A stretch of 32,000 bases of DNA from Methanothermus fervidus DSM 2088 (lineage in GTDB: Archaea; Methanobacteriota; Methanobacteria; DSM-2088; Methanothermaceae), in assembly GCA_000166095.1 (NCBI GenBank), contig CP002278.1, positions 810,001-842,000 on the forward strand. Reading direction: 5' to 3'. The position numbers and the translations under genes were made by a program. This document shows, piece after piece, positions 31,487 to 32,000 of this stretch (position 1 is the first letter of the stretch; every line of letters begins with the position of its first letter). The notes under the pieces were generated by a model that searched no databases, was not told where the DNA came from, and was given only the letters and a program-made list of their open reading frames with translations.

Positions 31487-32000
31487 TAATAACCATCAGT
31501 GGTTTGGCTGGCAGTGGTACAACCACACTATCTAAAATTTTATCAAAAAAATTAAATTATAAGCATATATCTGCTGGTGATATTTTTAGGAAAATGGCAG
31601 AAGAAAGAAATATGAGTTTATTAGAATTTAGTAAATTTGCAGAAGAAAATGAAGAAATTGACATAAAAATAGATGAAAAACAAGCAGAATTGGCAAAAAA
31701 TTCTGACAATTTAATAATTGAAGGTAGATTATCTGGTCATTTTGTAGATGCAGATTTAAAGGTATGGTTAACAGCGCCATTTGATGTGAGAGCAAAAAGA
31801 ATTAGTAAGAGAGAATCTAAACCGTTAGAAGTTGTTAAAAAAGAAATAAAAAGAAGAGAAAAAAGTGAAGCACTTAGATATAAAAAAATACATGGAATAG
31901 ATATAAACAATCTTGATATTTATGACCTTATAATAAATTCTAGTACTTTTAGTGCAGAAGAAATAGCCGAAATCATAATAAAAGCATTAGAGGTGATTCA
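31483..32000 (+). CDS. cmk: Cytidylate kinase (archaeal type), 3'-truncated by window edge
   Basis: Hand translation: [107 protein letters not shown]... Overlaps the L34e stop by 4 nt. Confidence 0.93.
   Translation, partial: MIITISGLAGSGTTTLSKILSKKLNYKHISAGDIFRKMAEERNMSLLEFSKFAEENEEIDIKIDEKQAELAKNSDNLIIEGRLSGHFVDADLKVWLTAPFDVRAKRISKRESKPLEVVKKEIKRREKSEALRYKKIHGIDINNLDIYDLIINSSTFSAEEIAEIIIKALEVI

Noticed and set aside
16353-32000. Ribosomal/SecY/adenylate kinase cluster as a novel system
   Set aside because: Gene order matches the well known archaeal S10/spc-type superoperon. The insertions of aIF1, Rpp29, adkA, EMC3-like and cmk are standard for euryarchaea.
1-32000. tRNA, rRNA, transposon or defence genes
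   Set aside because: None recognised by eye; no tRNA T-loop/anticodon arrangements, transposase, Cas, restriction or toxin-antitoxin signatures were noticed. A tRNAscan/Infernal run would be decisive.

Overview
AT-rich archaeal (euryarchaeal-type) chromosomal window in three parts. (1) A minus-strand run (1-10406): truncated glycosyltransferase-like gene, Wzy-like polysaccharide polymerase, serA, a CbiA/CfbB-type a,c-diamide synthase, a ferredoxin-like/radical SAM protein, and the DNA polymerase D large subunit (DP2/PolC) carrying an in-frame intein of about 305 aa. (2) A divergent plus-strand pair (10582-16259): a 1661-aa secreted, C-terminally membrane-anchored CobN/magnesium-chelatase-H-like protein followed by a MotA/TolQ/ExbB-like membrane protein. 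(3) From 16353 to the window end, a canonical archaeal S10/spc-type ribosomal operon led by a SPOUT methyltransferase gene: L3, L4, L23, L2, S19, L22, S3, L29, eIF1/SUI1, Rpp29, S17, L14, L24, S4e, L5, S14, S8, L6, L32e, L19e, L18, S5, L30, L15, SecY, archaeal adenylate kinase, EMC3/DUF106, L34e and a truncated cytidylate kinase. The best candidate for an under-characterised system is the surface CobN-like + ExbB-like pair, possibly a PMF-energised tetrapyrrole or metal handling complex at the cell surface. Related protein pairs are known from methanogen annotations, so this is not claimed as wholly new. Secondary points are the intein (C-terminal Gln, apparently degraded homing endonuclease), the radical SAM domain architecture, and a probable leaderless promoter for the ribosomal operon. 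No CRISPR array, transposon, rRNA or tRNA was recognised.
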